A stretch of DNA of 64,000 nt from a virus, in IMG/VR virus record IMGVR_UViG_3300049433_000139, positions 19,753 through 83,752 of that record. One strand, 5' to 3'. This document shows positions 29,076 to 38,980 of the stretch, piece by piece. The notes beneath the pieces are model-generated. The model saw nothing but the letters and a program-made list of their open reading frames with translations. It was not told where the DNA came from and made no database searches. The translations under genes and the position numbers were made by a program. Every line of letters starts with the position of its first letter. The first letter of the stretch is position 1.

Positions 29076-31729
29076 TGGTGTGCCTTGCTTATCCCAACCA
29101 ACGGCCGCCCGTGGCTGTCCGACCCGACGGTGTAGCGAACCCCGAGCCGGGGAATATCGGCGATATGCGCAGCGGAGCCGCGCACCCAAACCGCCGCGCG
29201 CTTGCCGTGAACCGTTGTTTTCTCCTGGCGAAAGCCCATGCGCTTCATGATTGCGCCGCGTGCCGATGTGGCGCCGCCGTTGCGCCAACCGCACAGACTG
29301 GCGAGCTGTACCAAGTCCGCCGCTGTGATGTAGGACAGTGTGGCGGTGTGCTCTGCCGGCGCGAACCAATCCTGCAAAAGGACTTCCATGTCGGAAGCGG
29401 AACGCGCGGCTTCCTGATGCTCTGTAGCGGTTCCCCAAACGCTGCGGGGCAGGGCGAAGTCCGCTCCTTTAGACTCAAGGGCGGCAGCCTCGCCAAGTAG
29501 GGCGCGGATGTTGTCGGACAACCACTGCAGGTTCAACTCGCCTGGCATGGCGACGGGCAGGAAGCGGCGGTTGCCAGTCGGATCCTGCAGCGGTTCGTCG
29601 CCGTTGACCGTGCCCAAGAAGATGTTGCGGCGGGGACGATTGGATACGGAACGCGCGTAGGCAGTGCGGCCGCGATCGACCTGGCGCGAAAGCATCGCCT
29701 TCACGTGATCGACGTTAGCGCTGTTGCGCTGCCCCATTTCGCCGATTTCAACAAGGCACTTGCCGGCAAGCGAAAGCACCAGCTCTTTACTGGCGTCGCC
29801 GAGTAACACCTCGTCCGAAAACCACTCGGTTGAGCGCCGTGCCAGTTCGGAAAGGGAGGACTTACCCATGTCGGCAATGATGGTCGCAATAGTCGACTTG
29901 CCGGTGCCTTGTGGTCCGAAAAATACCGCCATGAAATCGTGCTTGCAGCCGGGTTGCCGAATACGCCGCACCATGCCGCCGATGATGTTGCGGGACACGG
30001 CTTGGTGATACGGATCGCAGGGAGTCCCTGCGGTATGGGAAAGCCACGTCGAGAGGCGCGGCGAGCCGTCCCATTCGGCTTCGAGGGCGGCGAGGGTGTC
30101 GCGTGCAGGATCAACCGCGTTGGTATATGCGATGCTTTCCAGTGATTCCCAAAAGAACCGATCGGCCGGCCGGAACCGGATTTCTGTTCGATTACCGCGC
30201 GTGCGCAGTTTGGAAATTACGCTGTCATCAACAAAGGTCCAATCCGCCCAACGCAATTCATCGTCCACGCCGCCTTTTATTTCCATCCGTTCGAGCCACA
30301 GGTTCCAGCGTATTTCGAGGGAAAGCTGCGCGAGGAAGACAATGCAGTTGTCTGAGTTGTCGTTCTGAATTTCGCCTTTGTGGTCGCGCTTCCAGTCGTC
30401 GATGGTAACGAAGGCGCGTTCTACCTTGTTCGAAAAGGCGTTACCTGCGTGCTTGATCTTTGAATCGGGCAGCGTGCGGCCCATAGCGCGGACACGTCGG
30501 CAAACCGCTTCGAAAATATCCGGATGCACGTTCTGCAGAATACCTAAGACGTCAATGACGCGGCTTGGAAGGAACTTCTGTGGCGGTTCCGCCATGGCTA
30601 CGACACGGGATATAGCGTCGTTTAAGAGGTGGTAGAGGCCGTGGGCGTTGAGCGTGGGCGGAAGGGTGGGAACGTCGTCAGAAAGAGGGCGAGACGGCGC
30701 GTCGGACGTGGCTGCCAGAAACTCACGTAGGATTGCTTCGCCGTACTCGGCTTGCTTCTCGCCGCGGCCGAGCATGGGAATGCCAGCGGAGTGGAGGGTG
30801 GCGCCCGTGGCGGCGGCGAGGGCAGCAACGCCGTCGAACATCGCGGCGGAGGACTTGCGGATGGTGCCGTGCCAGCCGAGCGAATGGGCACGCTGCATAA
30901 AAGTGTTGAGCGTGACGGATTGCGGCGTGGGGTCGGTGGCGAAGGATTGCCACTTAGACGCCGCTTCCGAAGGGGTGCCTGGATTAGAATCGAAGGTAAG
31001 TTCCCAAAGCTCGAATCCGCTTTCCCCTTGGTCAAGCTTCAAAGCCATTCCAATAGAAACCCAATCCTCGTAGGCGGTGAAAACGTCGCGTTCCGAGAGC
31101 CACGTCAAGAGGGCGGCAACGTCGCCTTGATCGCGGCTACCTGGCGGCGTACCTTGGGAGGTGCGCGGCGTAGTCGAGCGCATGCAGTGGGCAAGTAGTG
31201 CGTCGGGGCAGGGGTGTGGCGGCGCATTAGACATGAGCAGATAGGGGAGCGACTCGCCGTTCTCTAAATAGGTACTGCCGGCGGCGACCGTGTACCCTAC
31301 CGCACGAACATTGATGCGTTTTTTTATTGCGTCGGGCTGGCGGAGTTGGGAGGCGTCGATGTGTGGCGGCACTGCGCAGTATACGTGCCACCCGCCTCTG
31401 GCCGACTGCACTGCAGGCGCAAGCGGGCCGGGCAAACCCCAATCCGCACACAGTGAGCACCACAGCGACCACGCTTCGGTGCGGCCCGCTTCGCCGCCGG
31501 ATGCGTCAATATCAACGATCACGAGATGCGATGCGAACGCGACGATTCCAAAGTTGCAATTTTCGTTTTCAGCGGCCCACTTTTTCCACTGTTCGGGATC
31601 GCGGCTAAAATCGTGTTTAAACGAACCTACGATTCCCGTGGGCGATTTGTTGCCCTTGGGAATTGGAAAAAGAGCCGCACCGTTGGCTGCGTAGTACGCA
31701 AGGTCGGTGGACAGAGCAGTGTCGTTCAT
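29072..31729 (-). CDS. Bifunctional primase-polymerase + PriCT-like + VapE-like helicase
   Basis: DID and GGWHVY in the prim-pol region; YEDWVSIGMAL; GPQGTGKS and DPTGNRRFLPV. Confidence 0.9.
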   Translation of the reverse strand: MNDTALSTDLAYYAANGAALFPIPKGNKSPTGIVGSFKHDFSRDPEQWKKWAAENENCNFGIVAFASHLVIVDIDASGGEAGRTEAWSLWCSLCADWGLPGPLAPAVQSARGGWHVYCAVPPHIDASQLRQPDAIKKRINVRAVGYTVAAGSTYLENGESLPYLLMSNAPPHPCPDALLAHCMRSTTPRTSQGTPPGSRDQGDVAALLTWLSERDVFTAYEDWVSIGMALKLDQGESGFELWELTFDSNPGTPSEAASKWQSFATDPTPQSVTLNTFMQRAHSLGWHGTIRKSSAAMFDGVAALAAATGATLHSAGIPMLGRGEKQAEYGEAILREFLAATSDAPSRPLSDDVPTLPPTLNAHGLYHLLNDAISRVVAMAEPPQKFLPSRVIDVLGILQNVHPDIFEAVCRRVRAMGRTLPDSKIKHAGNAFSNKVERAFVTIDDWKRDHKGEIQNDNSDNCIVFLAQLSLEIRWNLWLERMEIKGGVDDELRWADWTFVDDSVISKLRTRGNRTEIRFRPADRFFWESLESIAYTNAVDPARDTLAALEAEWDGSPRLSTWLSHTAGTPCDPYHQAVSRNIIGGMVRRIRQPGCKHDFMAVFFGPQGTGKSTIATIIADMGKSSLSELARRSTEWFSDEVLLGDASKELVLSLAGKCLVEIGEMGQRNSANVDHVKAMLSRQVDRGRTAYARSVSNRPRRNIFLGTVNGDEPLQDPTGNRRFLPVAMPGELNLQWLSDNIRALLGEAAALESKGADFALPRSVWGTATEHQEAARSASDMEVLLQDWFAPAEHTATLSYITAADLVQLASLCGWRNGGATSARGAIMKRMGFRQEKTTVHGKRAAVWVRGSAAHIADIPRLGVRYTVGSDSHGRPLVGISKAHQ

Positions 31730-32763
31730 GCGGCGCGAAGCGCTCTTATCTTGGCGGCACGTTTAAGTCCCGCTAGGAGAGGCGTAATATCCACTACTGG
31801 CGGAACGGCAGCGCGTTCGCAGTTCTGCACCGCCTGCCGCCAATACGACGGTTTCAGCTCGGCGCCGATCGCGCGACGACCCATTTGCAGCGCGACGTAA
31901 AGTTCCGAGCCGATGCCGGCGAATGGAGAGAAAACCGTATCGCCTGGATTGCTCCAAAGATCGATGCATCGGCGAATTGGCGTGAGCTGCAGTGGCGCGA
32001 TATGCGCCTCGTCTTGTTCCTCGCGCGCTTCCTTGCGGCTCAGGACGTCGGATTGAGCAATGTCCATCCATACGGGTTCGGCGTAGCGCTGCCATACCGC
32101 GATGGAATATCCGCGCGTGCCCGGCGTCGCGATCGACGGGACCATCTTCTGCGCGTCCTCGTTCCACTCGCGCGAGGGGAGCGTGTCGGTCGGAGATGCT
32201 TCGTTGCCGTAATAGGCGTCGAATTGACCCGCGACTCGTTCCTCGATGGGATTTTCCCCAGGTTTGCGCATGGTAATGATGTAGTCGGGCACGGCCATAC
32301 GCGAGAGACAAGAGTCCTTGCAAATCTGCTTATGAAGAAGGCCAATTGCCTTGGTTCGCTGCATTGCCGACACGGGATCTTTGCGGATGACGACTTCGGA
32401 GTGATAGTAGAAACCGGCTTCCTGATGGGCTTTGATGATATCGCCGCGGAAGTCGCGCAGACCAATAAAACCGTCGCGCAGTTTCGACGTCGGAAGATTC
32501 ATGCAGTGAATCGAAACGAGCCGGCCGGGTTTCGTGATGCGGTAGCACTCCGCAATCAAGAATTTGTAATGTGTCCAAAATTGATCATCCGAACGGCAAT
32601 TGCTCATATCGCGCGGGTCGTCGGAAAATGTGTAAAGCGAGCAAAATGGCGGACTGTACATTGTATAATGTACGGAATTGTCGGGTAGATTACGTGCGAC
32701 CTCAACGCAATCGCCATTCCACAAACACCACTTTGCGCCGGAAGCTTGCTCTAAAATTTTCAT
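31726..32763 (-). CDS. N4-C/N6-A DNA methyltransferase (beta class)
   Basis: SPPF catalytic motif precedes the PFAGIGS SAM-binding motif. Confidence 0.9.
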   Translation of the reverse strand: MKILEQASGAKWCLWNGDCVEVARNLPDNSVHYTMYSPPFCSLYTFSDDPRDMSNCRSDDQFWTHYKFLIAECYRITKPGRLVSIHCMNLPTSKLRDGFIGLRDFRGDIIKAHQEAGFYYHSEVVIRKDPVSAMQRTKAIGLLHKQICKDSCLSRMAVPDYIITMRKPGENPIEERVAGQFDAYYGNEASPTDTLPSREWNEDAQKMVPSIATPGTRGYSIAVWQRYAEPVWMDIAQSDVLSRKEAREEQDEAHIAPLQLTPIRRCIDLWSNPGDTVFSPFAGIGSELYVALQMGRRAIGAELKPSYWRQAVQNCERAAVPPVVDITPLLAGLKRAAKIRALRAA

Positions 32764-33434
32764 GCTGCTTTCCTGAATTCTTGATTGGTATTTTGTTTGC
32801 TGTGAACGAACAAATGACAAGGACGACACAACAAAACGAGATTGCTCAACGCAGCGCGGAGAGCTTTTACGCGAAACCCAACAATGTGATGAATGTGAAG
32901 TTTAGTGTCGTATCGCGCTGCGGCGCTTTGACTTATACCGCAGCGTTGACAGCATTTATTATCGCGAGCGTAGACTTGTATCGATACAGCGCGCCATTCA
33001 TCAGATGCATAAAACGCTTGTCGTTCCGGGGTTATGCCGCCTTGCCAATGAGGCGAATCGGGGCCGCGTTTTTGTACTTTTCCTAAAAACGCAGATGGTT
33101 CGCCCTTCTTAAACCCAACAGTTGTTCCGCTATAACTGCCACGTTTACGAGTCGGAATACCGTCGTCCTTGAGCCATTCCCATACGCGCTTAGAATTACG
33201 TCCGACCAACTTAGCAATTGCGGTGCAGTCTAGCCCTTCGGTGACGTACTTCTGTTCCAACCATTCGCGCGTAACAGGTCGCGTCCGACGCTGCCACGCC
33301 GCCTTGCATGTTTTATGATCGCAAAAGAACTGCTTGATTGGCAGCCCATTGGAAGGGTTTATCAAGCGACGGCGCAGTGCCTTTTCGCACTCGGTGCATT
33401 TTACGTCGCATATCGGACCCGTCGATATCGTCAT
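32760..33434 (-). CDS. HNH endonuclease
   Basis: RDNKCCQRCG...HIHHI...NLVLLCRPCH...H. Confidence 0.9.
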   Translation of the reverse strand: MTISTGPICDVKCTECEKALRRRLINPSNGLPIKQFFCDHKTCKAAWQRRTRPVTREWLEQKYVTEGLDCTAIAKLVGRNSKRVWEWLKDDGIPTRKRGSYSGTTVGFKKGEPSAFLGKVQKRGPDSPHWQGGITPERQAFYASDEWRAVSIQVYARDNKCCQRCGISQSAAARYDTKLHIHHIVGFRVKALRAALSNLVLLCRPCHLFVHSKQNTNQEFRKAA

Positions 33435-34816
33435 GTGAGCCACGCCGGCAACGTGCCTGTTCGTTCGTGGGGGACCACGTGCCTATCGCCACGCAGGACG
33501 CGCGTCATTAAATCGCGGGTATGCTTGGACATTTCGTTGGCCATGTACTCGGCAGCGGCTTCTTTCGCCGCGAGATTATCGACCACTGCGCCCTCCGCAG
33601 TTGATGCGATGAAATGGGCAGAGACGGGTTGGGTTTGACCAAAACGCCAGCAACGACGAATAGCCTGAAAGAGCTGTTCGAAGCTGTCATTAAGGCCGAC
33701 GAAAACCATATCGGCGCAGGCTTGAAAGTTAAGTCCCCATCCTGCGATCGAGGGTTTCGTCACAAGCACGCGAATTTGCCCGTTCACGAAACCCATCAGG
33801 CGCTTGGTTTTCAAGTCGGGATGATCGGACCCCTTGACTTCGACGGCGCCAGCGATCGCGGCCGTAAGCGCCTCGCTCTCCACGTTCGTATTGCACCATA
33901 CGAGCCACGGGCGATCCGGTCGGCTGTTTACTAGGGCAGCGGCAGCGGCGACTCGGTCCACGGCGCTTTCCCGGCGGGCGCGCATTCGTTCGGAGAGGGA
34001 GCGCGCCACGGGCAAATCGGACGGAACGGTGATAAAATGCTTGTGCAGCGGCGGGAGGTCGTATCCGGGTTCGTCATATCCCAATTCGCGGGGATGCCGC
34101 AGCATCACGGACCAGGATGAAAGCCACGCCCAAAACTCCTGCTCGGCGTGACCCTTTAAGCGCCATTCCGCAACTGGTTTAGACCCGTGGTTGTTGACGT
34201 TTGTTGCCTTCATCGATCCGTCATGGACGAACCAAGTAGCAAGCATCTCTTTAGCCGAACAGACGCCCAGGAACTCGGCGTGGTTGCCGAGTTCAACGTA
34301 GTCGTTAGGTGCCGGCGTCGCAGTGCAGGGCAGGCGATACGGAATATCCGCAGTAAAGCGAATGAGAGATGAGCGCGTCTTGCTGTCATGCGCTTTGATG
34401 ATGCTGGACTCGTCTAAGACGATACCGTCGAAGTGCGCGGGGTCGAAGTTCTGGATTCGGTCGTAGTTCGTGACGACGATGTTGCTGCGGATTTGGGACT
34501 GATCTGCGGCGTAGGCAACCGAATCGATGTTGAACTTTTGCGCCTCTTGGACGGTTTGATGCGCTACGGCGAGCGGCGCCAGCACGAGCACGGGACGCTT
34601 GGTCTCTTGCTGGACGGCTTGCGCCCATGAAAGCTGCGAAAACGTTTTTCCCAAGCCGGTCCCGGCGAACACGGCACCGCGTCCGCGTCGCAATGCCCAT
34701 GTCACGATATCGGATTGAAACGGGCGGAGTGCAGCGGGAAGGGCGGGGATAGTGGATAGGCCAACCGAATCCGGCTGCGTCATCTTGTCTGCGAGGAAAG
34801 CTTCGTAGGTGCTCAT
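33431..34816 (-). CDS. SNF2-like helicase
   Basis: GTGLGKT, DESS, TATPAPN, GWGLNFQ and QAIRRCWRFGQ motifs. Confidence 0.9.
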   Translation of the reverse strand: MSTYEAFLADKMTQPDSVGLSTIPALPAALRPFQSDIVTWALRRGRGAVFAGTGLGKTFSQLSWAQAVQQETKRPVLVLAPLAVAHQTVQEAQKFNIDSVAYAADQSQIRSNIVVTNYDRIQNFDPAHFDGIVLDESSIIKAHDSKTRSSLIRFTADIPYRLPCTATPAPNDYVELGNHAEFLGVCSAKEMLATWFVHDGSMKATNVNNHGSKPVAEWRLKGHAEQEFWAWLSSWSVMLRHPRELGYDEPGYDLPPLHKHFITVPSDLPVARSLSERMRARRESAVDRVAAAAALVNSRPDRPWLVWCNTNVESEALTAAIAGAVEVKGSDHPDLKTKRLMGFVNGQIRVLVTKPSIAGWGLNFQACADMVFVGLNDSFEQLFQAIRRCWRFGQTQPVSAHFIASTAEGAVVDNLAAKEAAAEYMANEMSKHTRDLMTRVLRGDRHVVPHERTGTLPAWLT

Positions 34817-35061
34817 GTGAGGGGCACCGGACAAGCCGGAAGCGCGATAGGACATGGCGGCAACTCTGCAGTAAGGCCCAACACCGCCGCCACGGCCCCG
34901 CTACAAGTCGGCTCAACCCGTATCGAATAGCCGTCCCCCTTGGACCGCTGCAACGATGCCTGATAGCCCCAACCATCGCCGGGCAAAGCAGGGTGCTTCG
35001 TTCGACAGATATTCAGCGCAACAAATTCAGTGCGATCGAGGGCGTCGAGAGGGAGGGGCAT
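34813..35061 (-). CDS. Hypothetical protein
   Basis: Follows a motif promoter; ATGA overlap with the helicase. Confidence 0.55.
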   Translation of the reverse strand: MPLPLDALDRTEFVALNICRTKHPALPGDGWGYQASLQRSKGDGYSIRVEPTCSGAVAAVLGLTAELPPCPIALPACPVPLT

Positions 35062-35070
35062 GTGGCGCTT

Positions 35071-35098
35071 AAAATGCACCAAATTTGTAAAAAGTCAA
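35071..35098 (-). promoter_or_regulatory. Phage promoter motif copy
   Basis: TTGACT-TTTTACAAATTTGGTG-CATTTT. Confidence 0.6.
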
Positions 35099-35204
35099 CA
35101 GAAGTCCGGAACGTTCACAAGAAATGTGCGGCATGGAAAAAGGAACTACTGCAGCGCTTGCTCGGCAAAACGCAACAGTTAGTAGCAACGGCGGCGGGCG
35201 GGTA

Positions 35205-35567
35205 CTACTTCGGCCGCCAGTTCGTGCCCTTCTCTTTCAGTTCACGGATCAGGCGCTTCGTGAGGCCGTCCTGCGGGTTGATCCCCTTATCGCCGAGCGC
35301 CTTGATTGTTTTGGTCAACTCGCGGGCGTCCTCAATCGAAATATACTCGTCGCCCTTGTTCAAAACGCCCAACTTGAGCAGGCACCGTTCCTCGCCGCAG
35401 AAATAATTCGCGGACAACGTAATAGACCCGCTCGGCAGTACAGTGTATCGCAGGCCCGTCACCATGTCGTCGGACAGGTTCGCCCGCGTCATAAGACTCT
35501 TGCCGTTTTGCAAATCCTTAGCGATGACAAACAGGGTTGCTTCTGTAAATTTAGTACCCTTCTTCAT
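35205..35567 (-). CDS. Stand-alone integrase arm-type DNA-binding domain protein
   Basis: D..VTGL...V..SG......Y......LG......SIEDAR.........GINP pattern of the Arm-DNA-bind_3/DUF4102 domain. Confidence 0.65.
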   Translation of the reverse strand: MKKGTKFTEATLFVIAKDLQNGKSLMTRANLSDDMVTGLRYTVLPSGSITLSANYFCGEERCLLKLGVLNKGDEYISIEDARELTKTIKALGDKGINPQDGLTKRLIRELKEKGTNWRPK

Positions 35568-35639
35568 AGCTTGCCGTTCGCCCTCTCGAACATATTGACG
35601 CGCCATAATTAATCACCTCCAAAAGTACCGTTGCGAGTT

Positions 35640-35807
35640 GTAGAGCGCAAAACATTGGGGTGTCAATGAAAAAGATTGCAATAAGTGTTGACTTTTGGCA
35701 AAAGCAGCGGACGGGCCGGATTCGCCCCAACTGGGCAAGCTGCCGTCTCAGAAACAAGTGGCGATCTTTTACAAATCTGTTGACTTTTCCCAAAGTGCGT
35801 CTAGAAA
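35640..35807. promoter_or_regulatory. Divergent control region
   Basis: Leftward TTGACA at 35661-35666; rightward TTGACT at 35688 and 35780 (TTAC-N7-TTGACT-N16-TAGAAA); gene orientation switches here. Confidence 0.7.
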
Positions 35808-35848
35808 TGGGACGGTACGCATCACACAACCCGCGGGGAAAACGCACT

Positions 35849-36514
35849 ATGTCAATTCGAATTACTCTGACGCCGGTCAACCATTCGGTGGATTTCGAGG
35901 TCGGCTCGCCTGAGGAAGGAATCTCCTTCGTTACCGAAAAGGGCGCGGCGCTGACGGCGCTGCTCGACGTGCTGGATCGGTTGCCCAAGGGCGATACGGC
36001 ACTGGCAACGGAAACGGCGGCCCATGGCGAACCGGCCAAGGAACGCAAGCCGCGCGGCCCGAACAAGCCGAAGGTGGACGCCGTAGCCCCGGCGCCGTTG
36101 GCCATACCGAGTGCAGCGCTTCCCGCTCCCCCGGCGCCTTTGGCAGGAACCGCCCCGATTGCGCCGGCCACCGCGCCCCAAGGCGACGACATGCCCGCAT
36201 TCCTGAAACGTGACGCCAACAACGCATCGCCGGCCATTCCCGCCCCGGCCGCTCCCCCGCCGCCCTTGGCTCCGCCCGCGCCTCCCGTTCCGGCCGCTCC
36301 GCCGCCCACGGGCGTGCTTGCGGAAAAGATCATTGCGAACTTGGACGCGCGCGCGAAGGGCACTCCGGATGGCGGCAAGTCGATCGCCGATTGGCTCGCC
36401 GGTCCCGGCTGCGGCATCACGGTTCCGGGCGCGACTTATGCCGAAGCCATCGCCGTGATTCGTATGACGGCGGATGCGAAGCTGGAACCGCTGTTGCCGG
36501 CGTTGGGCCTGTAA
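35849..36514 (+). CDS. Pro/Ala-rich early protein with an FtsZ-tail-like motif
   Basis: First gene of the right arm; contains DDMPAFLKRDAN. Confidence 0.75.
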   Translation: MSIRITLTPVNHSVDFEVGSPEEGISFVTEKGAALTALLDVLDRLPKGDTALATETAAHGEPAKERKPRGPNKPKVDAVAPAPLAIPSAALPAPPAPLAGTAPIAPATAPQGDDMPAFLKRDANNASPAIPAPAAPPPPLAPPAPPVPAAPPPTGVLAEKIIANLDARAKGTPDGGKSIADWLAGPGCGITVPGATYAEAIAVIRMTADAKLEPLLPALGL

Positions 36515-36575
36515 GGCGGAGGGAGACGGGCCGCTGCGAATGGGCGCGGCGGCCACGCGGTAGGAGCGTTTTGCG

Positions 36576-37841
36576 ATGGATGACGCGGACGGATTTAGAA
36601 TCGAAGCCGCCGAGCAGTTTGGTTTTATAGCGACCGACCCTGGAGCGGGCGCTTATGACGGAACGTATGCGTGCAGCGTTCAACAAGTAATCGCATTTGC
36701 CAAGGCGTGCGAGCGCGCGGGGATGGCGGCTGCACTGAAACTTGTGCGGATCACGGCGCAAGGTGGAAGAGATATCAAGATAAATGCCGCTCCTATCGCG
36801 CTCGACGTAATTTCCGGCGTGTTGGAGCATGCGGTTTGGAAAACGGACGCGGAACTGGCGCCGATTCTGGCCGCCGAGGAAGCGCGGTTTATGACGGCGC
36901 AGGGATACGTTCGCGCCGCAGATGATCAGCCCGGCGCACGATGGATAAAGCCCGAATCGAAATGTGACGGATGCATTCCTGCATCGGTAGTGCCATCCGA
37001 ATGCGTTGGCTGCGGACAAAATCCGGCCGACCCGCCGTCGAAACTTTGCCCCGGCTGTCAAGCCTACCGGGAGCATACCACATGTTCGTAACTGTAGTAG
37101 CCGTGCTCTGTCTTTCCACCGGCCTCTGCGTCGAGGAAATCGTCACCGATTCCAACCTCGAACCCACGCTTTCCTTTTCCTCCTGCCTTTCGGGAGCGCA
37201 AGCGCCGCTCGCCAAGTGGAAAGGCGAACATCCGGTGTATCGTTCTGCGGCGTATCGGATTGAGAAGTACCGGTGTGTGCCGGGGCATTACGAAATACGG
37301 GGACGGGTCTGATGCTTCCCCTTAGCGAAATTGAAGTTACGCAATTGCGCCGGCTCATGAACGGCGAAAACATTTGTTCAAGTGATCGCCCTACTGATCG
37401 CGCGCGGACACGATTGAAACGGTTGGGTTATGTCCAATTTGATCGCAGTGCGTGGCTGTGGCGAATTACCGCTGCGGGACGGGAACATCTTGCGGCTTTG
37501 GACTCGCGCCTCGCCTGCGAATACTGCGGCCCCGGCAAGCGAACAGGACTGCCCGGCAACGCTTGCGAAAATTGCATGAATGCGGGACTTAAGAACCCGA
37601 CAGCGGAGGATTTGAAATGACCGAAACAGAGTATTTAGAACGCAAGCCTGATCGCACCATTGAGGAAACCGCCAAACTGCTTCGGTTGCGCCTAAAAGGC
37701 GACGACACCGCTGATGATGCAAGGCTTTTCATTGCGTATCGCGAATCTGGAGCGTTTCGTCGAGTGCTTGCGGACGGAATCACGGGCATCGACATTCGCC
37801 GTCTTTGTGACGCTGTACTTGGACCGGAGCCGCAGCCATGA
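36576..37841 (+). CDS. Four hypothetical genes (36576-37091, 37082-37312, 37312-37620, 37617-37841)
   Basis: Coupled ORFs, Cys-rich. Confidence 0.6.
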
Positions 37842-38980
37842 ACGCGCACATCGACCCCAACGCCGCTCATGCCGTTTACGCCCCTTCAAGCGCGCACCGC
37901 TGGACCGTCTGCACCGCGAGCGCCACGGCGATTGCCGCCATGCAGCGGGTCGTGACGCTGGACGAACACGAGGCCGCAGAAAACGGGACTGCGGCGCATG
38001 ACGAAATCGAGCGCATATTGGGGCAGTTTAACGGCCAGATAGTCGAGCCGGAAGCCCTCAGAGCTGCGGCGGCCGATTTGCTCGATTTCGATCACCCCGC
38101 CGCTTACGGCATCGCGCTTACGATCAACTATGTTGCGGGCCTTCCCGCCGGCCGCGTTTGGATTGAACAGCGTGTTGCGCTTACGGACCAGATTTGGGGC
38201 CGCTGTGACATTGCCCATTGGCACGAAGATTCGGAAACGCTTACCATCGTGGACTATAAAAATGGGTTTGTCGGCGTCGACGCCGAAGAAAACGAGCAGC
38301 TCCGAATCTACGGCGCCGCGTCGATTTACACACATCGCCTCGTTGCCGCGCAGTGGATCCGGTACGCAGTAGTGCAGCCGAACGATTTCATGCCAGGGCC
38401 GCGCGTCAAGCAGTGGGTGGAAAGTGCTACGGACCTGTTTGCATGGGCGGAAAAGACTGCCGCCATCCCACGCGGGCCGCTCGTTTTTAAGTTCGGCCCG
38501 AGCCAATGCCGCGATTGCCCTTTGCTTGGAACGTGCGCGCCGACAAAGGACGTACTGGCGCAATTCGCCGCAGTGGTCGCTACCGGCACCGACCCGACGC
38601 CCGCGCAGATACCGCTTTTCGTGGCGCTCAAAAAACCCATAGACCATTTCTTTGAAGGGCTGATGAAAAACGGCACCAAGAAAGCCTTGGCGGGGTCCGT
38701 TCCGCCGGGCATGAAACTGGTCACCGCCGTGAAGCATCGGCAGTGGAAATCGGAGGCCGATGCGCGGGCCGCCGTGCTTGCTGCGAAGGGCGTCGAGGCG
38801 CTGAAACCGCCGACGCCGGCACAAGCGGAGGATATGGGAATCGACATATCGGGACTTGCGGACAAGCCCGAGGGCGGCCCGGCGCTGGCGTTTGAGTCGG
38901 ATAAGCGGAAACCTTGGGCTAGGAAGGGCGTCGACGAGATGTTCAAGGGCGTGGCGGATTTGACGGGAGGTGGGAAGTGA
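37838..38980 (+). CDS. DUF2800-family PD-(D/E)xK (Cas4-like) exonuclease
   Basis: HAVYAPSSAHRW..C, GTAAH, WGRCD, DYKNG, NEQLRIY and C..CP....C motifs. Confidence 0.88.
   Translation: MNAHIDPNAAHAVYAPSSAHRWTVCTASATAIAAMQRVVTLDEHEAAENGTAAHDEIERILGQFNGQIVEPEALRAAAADLLDFDHPAAYGIALTINYVAGLPAGRVWIEQRVALTDQIWGRCDIAHWHEDSETLTIVDYKNGFVGVDAEENEQLRIYGAASIYTHRLVAAQWIRYAVVQPNDFMPGPRVKQWVESATDLFAWAEKTAAIPRGPLVFKFGPSQCRDCPLLGTCAPTKDVLAQFAAVVATGTDPTPAQIPLFVALKKPIDHFFEGLMKNGTKKALAGSVPPGMKLVTAVKHRQWKSEADARAAVLAAKGVEALKPPTPAQAEDMGIDISGLADKPEGGPALAFESDKRKPWARKGVDEMFKGVADLTGGGK

Noticed and set aside
29076-29438. N-terminal extension of the C5 methyltransferase given in the ORF track (likewise 13360-13572 for terS and 46846-46920 for ctrA)
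   Set aside because: The MTase and ctrA extensions overlap upstream genes and the terS one runs into the leader; downstream ATGs with coupling or family-typical N-termini are better starts
37838-38980. Cas4 as evidence of CRISPR-Cas
   Set aside because: DUF2800-type nuclease in the usual phage replication context (SSB, polymerase); no array or cas1
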